Assembly: GCA_010093705.1 (NCBI GenBank) | Contig: MU006109.1 | Span: 226,354 to 264,444, forward strand | Direction of reading: 5' to 3' | DNA: 38,091 bases | Source: Patellaria atrata CBS 101060 | Taxonomy: Eukaryota | Shown here: positions 35,223-38,091 of the stretch, in pieces | How the letters are laid out: each line of letters opens with the position of its first letter | Numbering within the stretch: the first letter of the stretch is position 1 | Program-made: the position numbers and the translations under genes | The notes under the pieces: model-generated | The model's input: the letters and a program-made list of their open reading frames with translations, nothing else | The model's database searches: none | Told to the model about the DNA's origin: nothing

Positions 35223-37380
35223 TAGAAGGGACGAGAAGGATGGAGGGGGATCAAGGGGGTCACGAGTGAGCTTGTAGCGAAGAGATGAATTGCGGTGAGA
35301 AGTGCATCTTGTTTCTATGCGGGCGGTGTGTACTATCAACGGATATAGACAATGGCATATGTATATTTGGTTGCCACGGCGAGTTGACCGGTCGCTTTCC
35401 CTCAGCGCTTATTCCCTTTCCTATACTCACTCTAGACCTGAAAGCATAAAATTCTCCTTCTGAGATCTATCGGATCTTATTTCCTGAGATGGTGGTTGAA
35501 TCTGGATTTCCCAGATGGCGCCATATAGCCACCAGTCCCAGTGGAGTTGGGTAAACATAAAAAGCGGCTGGAAGTACCAGTATACGACGGATTTGGAGAA
35601 AATTAGCTTAAGCAGCCTCAATTTCCCACGTTCAGCAGCAGCGATCGGATGCTTTCATCTATTTACCGAGAAGATCTTCGAACCAGCTCTCGAAAATAGC
35701 GAGGTGCATTCGAAATGGGAAAAGAAACATTTGGCCACAGTCAAAGTGGCTAGCTGGGTGTAAGATCGAACCAATCCAAAGTTGCATCATGTTCACTTGA
35801 ATTAGTTCGTACTCGTAGCCAGACTGTCGATTTCGCTTGTTGGTGTTTCGAAAGTGCTCGTTTTCCACCGTGTATAACTCGAGATGGTTGTATTGGTATG
35901 AGACGAAGATTTAGGGTGACGGTTCACCAGCTCGACGCACGACATTGTTCAAGAACCAGCCTAGACCCTGCTAATGTGGAATTGGAGAAAATCTCGATCT
36001 CTTATAGCGTTGGGCTTGAGGGTTGTTAGTGATCATGCGAGCATACTTGTGTGGCTTGACACTGTGGAGCTTAAAAACTCGGATGGACGGCTGTGGACTT
36101 TTCTGTTTCCTCTAAAATCTCTTTAGAGGGGGGGGAGGGATTGTTATTCGATTCGTAAATGCAGTCACATTGTCTAGGAAACACCTTGATATTGTGTCTT
36201 AATAAGTCTGAGAGGGGGGTATGTCTTGCGGGATGTTGCGCCAAATGGAAAGTTCAGATGTTCTGCGAGTCGTATGCAATGAATGCACATTGAGTGCGTC
36301 GGATGCATCCTGGTCCCATAAGAGATCACCTTTATGATGAGTAGCAGTCCGGCGTACATAAAGAACATGTAAGTGTACATATCGATACATGTGGGATTTC
36401 CTTTTTGGGACGAGGGAAAGGTACCGAAGAAGTCGGGGAATTTCAGTTGACAAAGGTACAGGACCTGACATTCTGTTCGAATATGATTCTCAAATCTCGT
36501 GCACTACTACTCTCGAGGTTTGCAGTGTACTGCTAACTTTATTATTCACTTTTACCTAGTGTATGACTTGTTATATTGTATTCAGGTTTTCATCACCCCA
36601 GACTTCGGCTTCACGCAGGTTTCCGCTCTGCCAAGTCATTTACTGCCAAAAGTCCAACGCCGTTTTTTGAGGCTGTTCACTCTTCAGCTGAATACTTTCC
36701 GTCCAGGAAAACATCCAACCAATCTCTCTCTGTTTCAACCGATCTAAGCAAGCTTACTCCCAATAACTCCATGCAAGGCAATTGCGGCGTTACGATCCCA
36801 GCTGAGATCTTCTCGCGTCCTCAGTGATTGCGCTACCCAGCGTGAACCATGAAACCTCCCGAACTGAGGAGAGCTGGAAGTCTACAAACCGTACCTCGAT
36901 TCCCTCTCCGCTTCCTTGATCACCGGATCGAACCCTAGCACCGCCCTCGTAAAGTACTCAACTTGGAATCATGGTATTCCATGTGCGAAATGTACATTTG
37001 CCCCATGGCACACGTCTTCAAATCGGTCATAAACTTGCCTTTCCACGCTGATGTCTTTGCTATTACTTTTACCTTCACACTCAGTATACGATAGCTTCTC
37101 CTTAATATATCCCATCATACGCGAGACTGCTGACTTCAAACCTGCCGTTGATCAATTTAGTGCTTACTTGAGGTTATGCCGGCGGTATGTCATCTGAATA
37201 TAATACTTATTTCCCAATATTTTCCACGGGATACAAAAGCTGACGTGGGTATCCAGTGACTTTCCCAGATACATGTGAGCTGCAGCTCAAGGGTTCGATG
37301 AGCTGAACCTCTCTCCTGGGCGCACACATCAAAGGTCTTTCAGCCTCCCCATTCATGCTCTATTCGAGCACCAACGCCCC

Positions 37381-37875
37381 ATGATGATTGTACCTTCTTC
37401 GAGAAGATCAAGTATACCTCCAAGAACACACGAGAGCCAAATATCCATCATTTTACGCACAGTCGTCGTTCAGTCAGCATATGTGACGCTTGCCGTCGTA
37501 TTACTACTCCTTGCTACGGTATCGCTTAGATATTTCAAAGTACGTCTACGTCCGAAACCAAAACCGATTGTCGAGAAGGTACCATTACTGGATAGAGAGA
37601 TTCAAAAGATATGGATTCAGCCTCCGAAACCGTTACCCGGACCAGATAATCATCCATTCTTCGCTCGGAATTGTCCTCCGCCCCCACCCCCATCAATAAG
37701 ACGTCACTCCTGTCCCGAATCCACACCGACACCTTCTTGGATACCACCGCGGAGGCATGTGCGCCGAGTCCCCACCAATCGCGGAACCAGTACAATAATG
37801 TACGGAGAGACCATAGGAACCCAAGAAGGCCCAGCTGGGTGGAGGAGAAGTACGTGGAACATCGGAGGTGTCTGA
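37381..37875 (+). CDS. Hypothetical single-pass membrane protein with a proline-rich cytosolic tail, 164 aa
   Basis: ATG ORF with a hydrophobic stretch (AYVTLAVVLLLLATVSL) followed by basic residues, poly-Pro, and C-terminal GWRRSTWNIGG. Upstream exons cannot be excluded. Confidence 0.55.
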   Translation: MMIVPSSRRSSIPPRTHESQISIILRTVVVQSAYVTLAVVLLLLATVSLRYFKVRLRPKPKPIVEKVPLLDREIQKIWIQPPKPLPGPDNHPFFARNCPPPPPPSIRRHSCPESTPTPSWIPPRRHVRRVPTNRGTSTIMYGETIGTQEGPAGWRRSTWNIGGV

Positions 37876-38091
37876 AAGGATACTATCAATCCCTCAAAAA
37901 GCCTATGGGAAGAGGCGACTACAGGACTTCTACGGCAGCATTTATAAGAGCTAGGAAGCCGCAAGGCACATCGCATTTCTTTCAAAAAGCATCCTCTCGG
38001 TGTAGCCTTTCGATAAGGCTCACTCACGGGGTAATCTTACACTTGATACATCTTCATTACGGAACTGTTATTTTTACCTTTGGTGGGGGGG

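Noticed and set aside
1..38091. CRISPR arrays, rRNA, intact tRNAs, intact transposons, secondary-metabolite cluster
   Set aside because: No repeat-spacer arrays, rRNA signatures, full cloverleafs, transposase/RT motifs or PKS/NRPS genes were recognised.

Overview
Eukaryotic, intron-containing DNA from a filamentous ascomycete (Pezizomycotina-type GT-AG introns with CTRAC branch sites), with one 100-N scaffold gap at 10492-10591. I spliced the genes by hand. Left to right: an AhpC/TSA-2 thioredoxin-fold gene (-, runs off the left edge), urease accessory ureD (+), a fungal-specific transcription-factor-domain gene lacking a Zn2Cys6 cluster (-), an NCS1 uracil/allantoin permease (-), a conserved fungal hypothetical gene (DUF7053-like, -), a long three-finger C2H2 transcription factor with an unexplained N-terminal domain (-), ADE8 (+), a tandem-PH Opy1-like gene (-), RIA1/EFL1 (+), URB2/NPA2 (-), MIC10 (+) and a small single-TM proline-rich ORF (+). 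Most of this is housekeeping. The most unusual signals are: (1) the ~870 aa C2H2 locus, with a Trp-rich N-terminal domain, an overlapping uORF and retainable introns; (2) recurrent orientation-independent C/A-rich to G/T-rich skew modules inside coding exons; (3) a tRNA-like A-box/B-box element ending in oligo-T beside a RIP-like AT-rich tract. All family calls come from motif recognition, not database searches.
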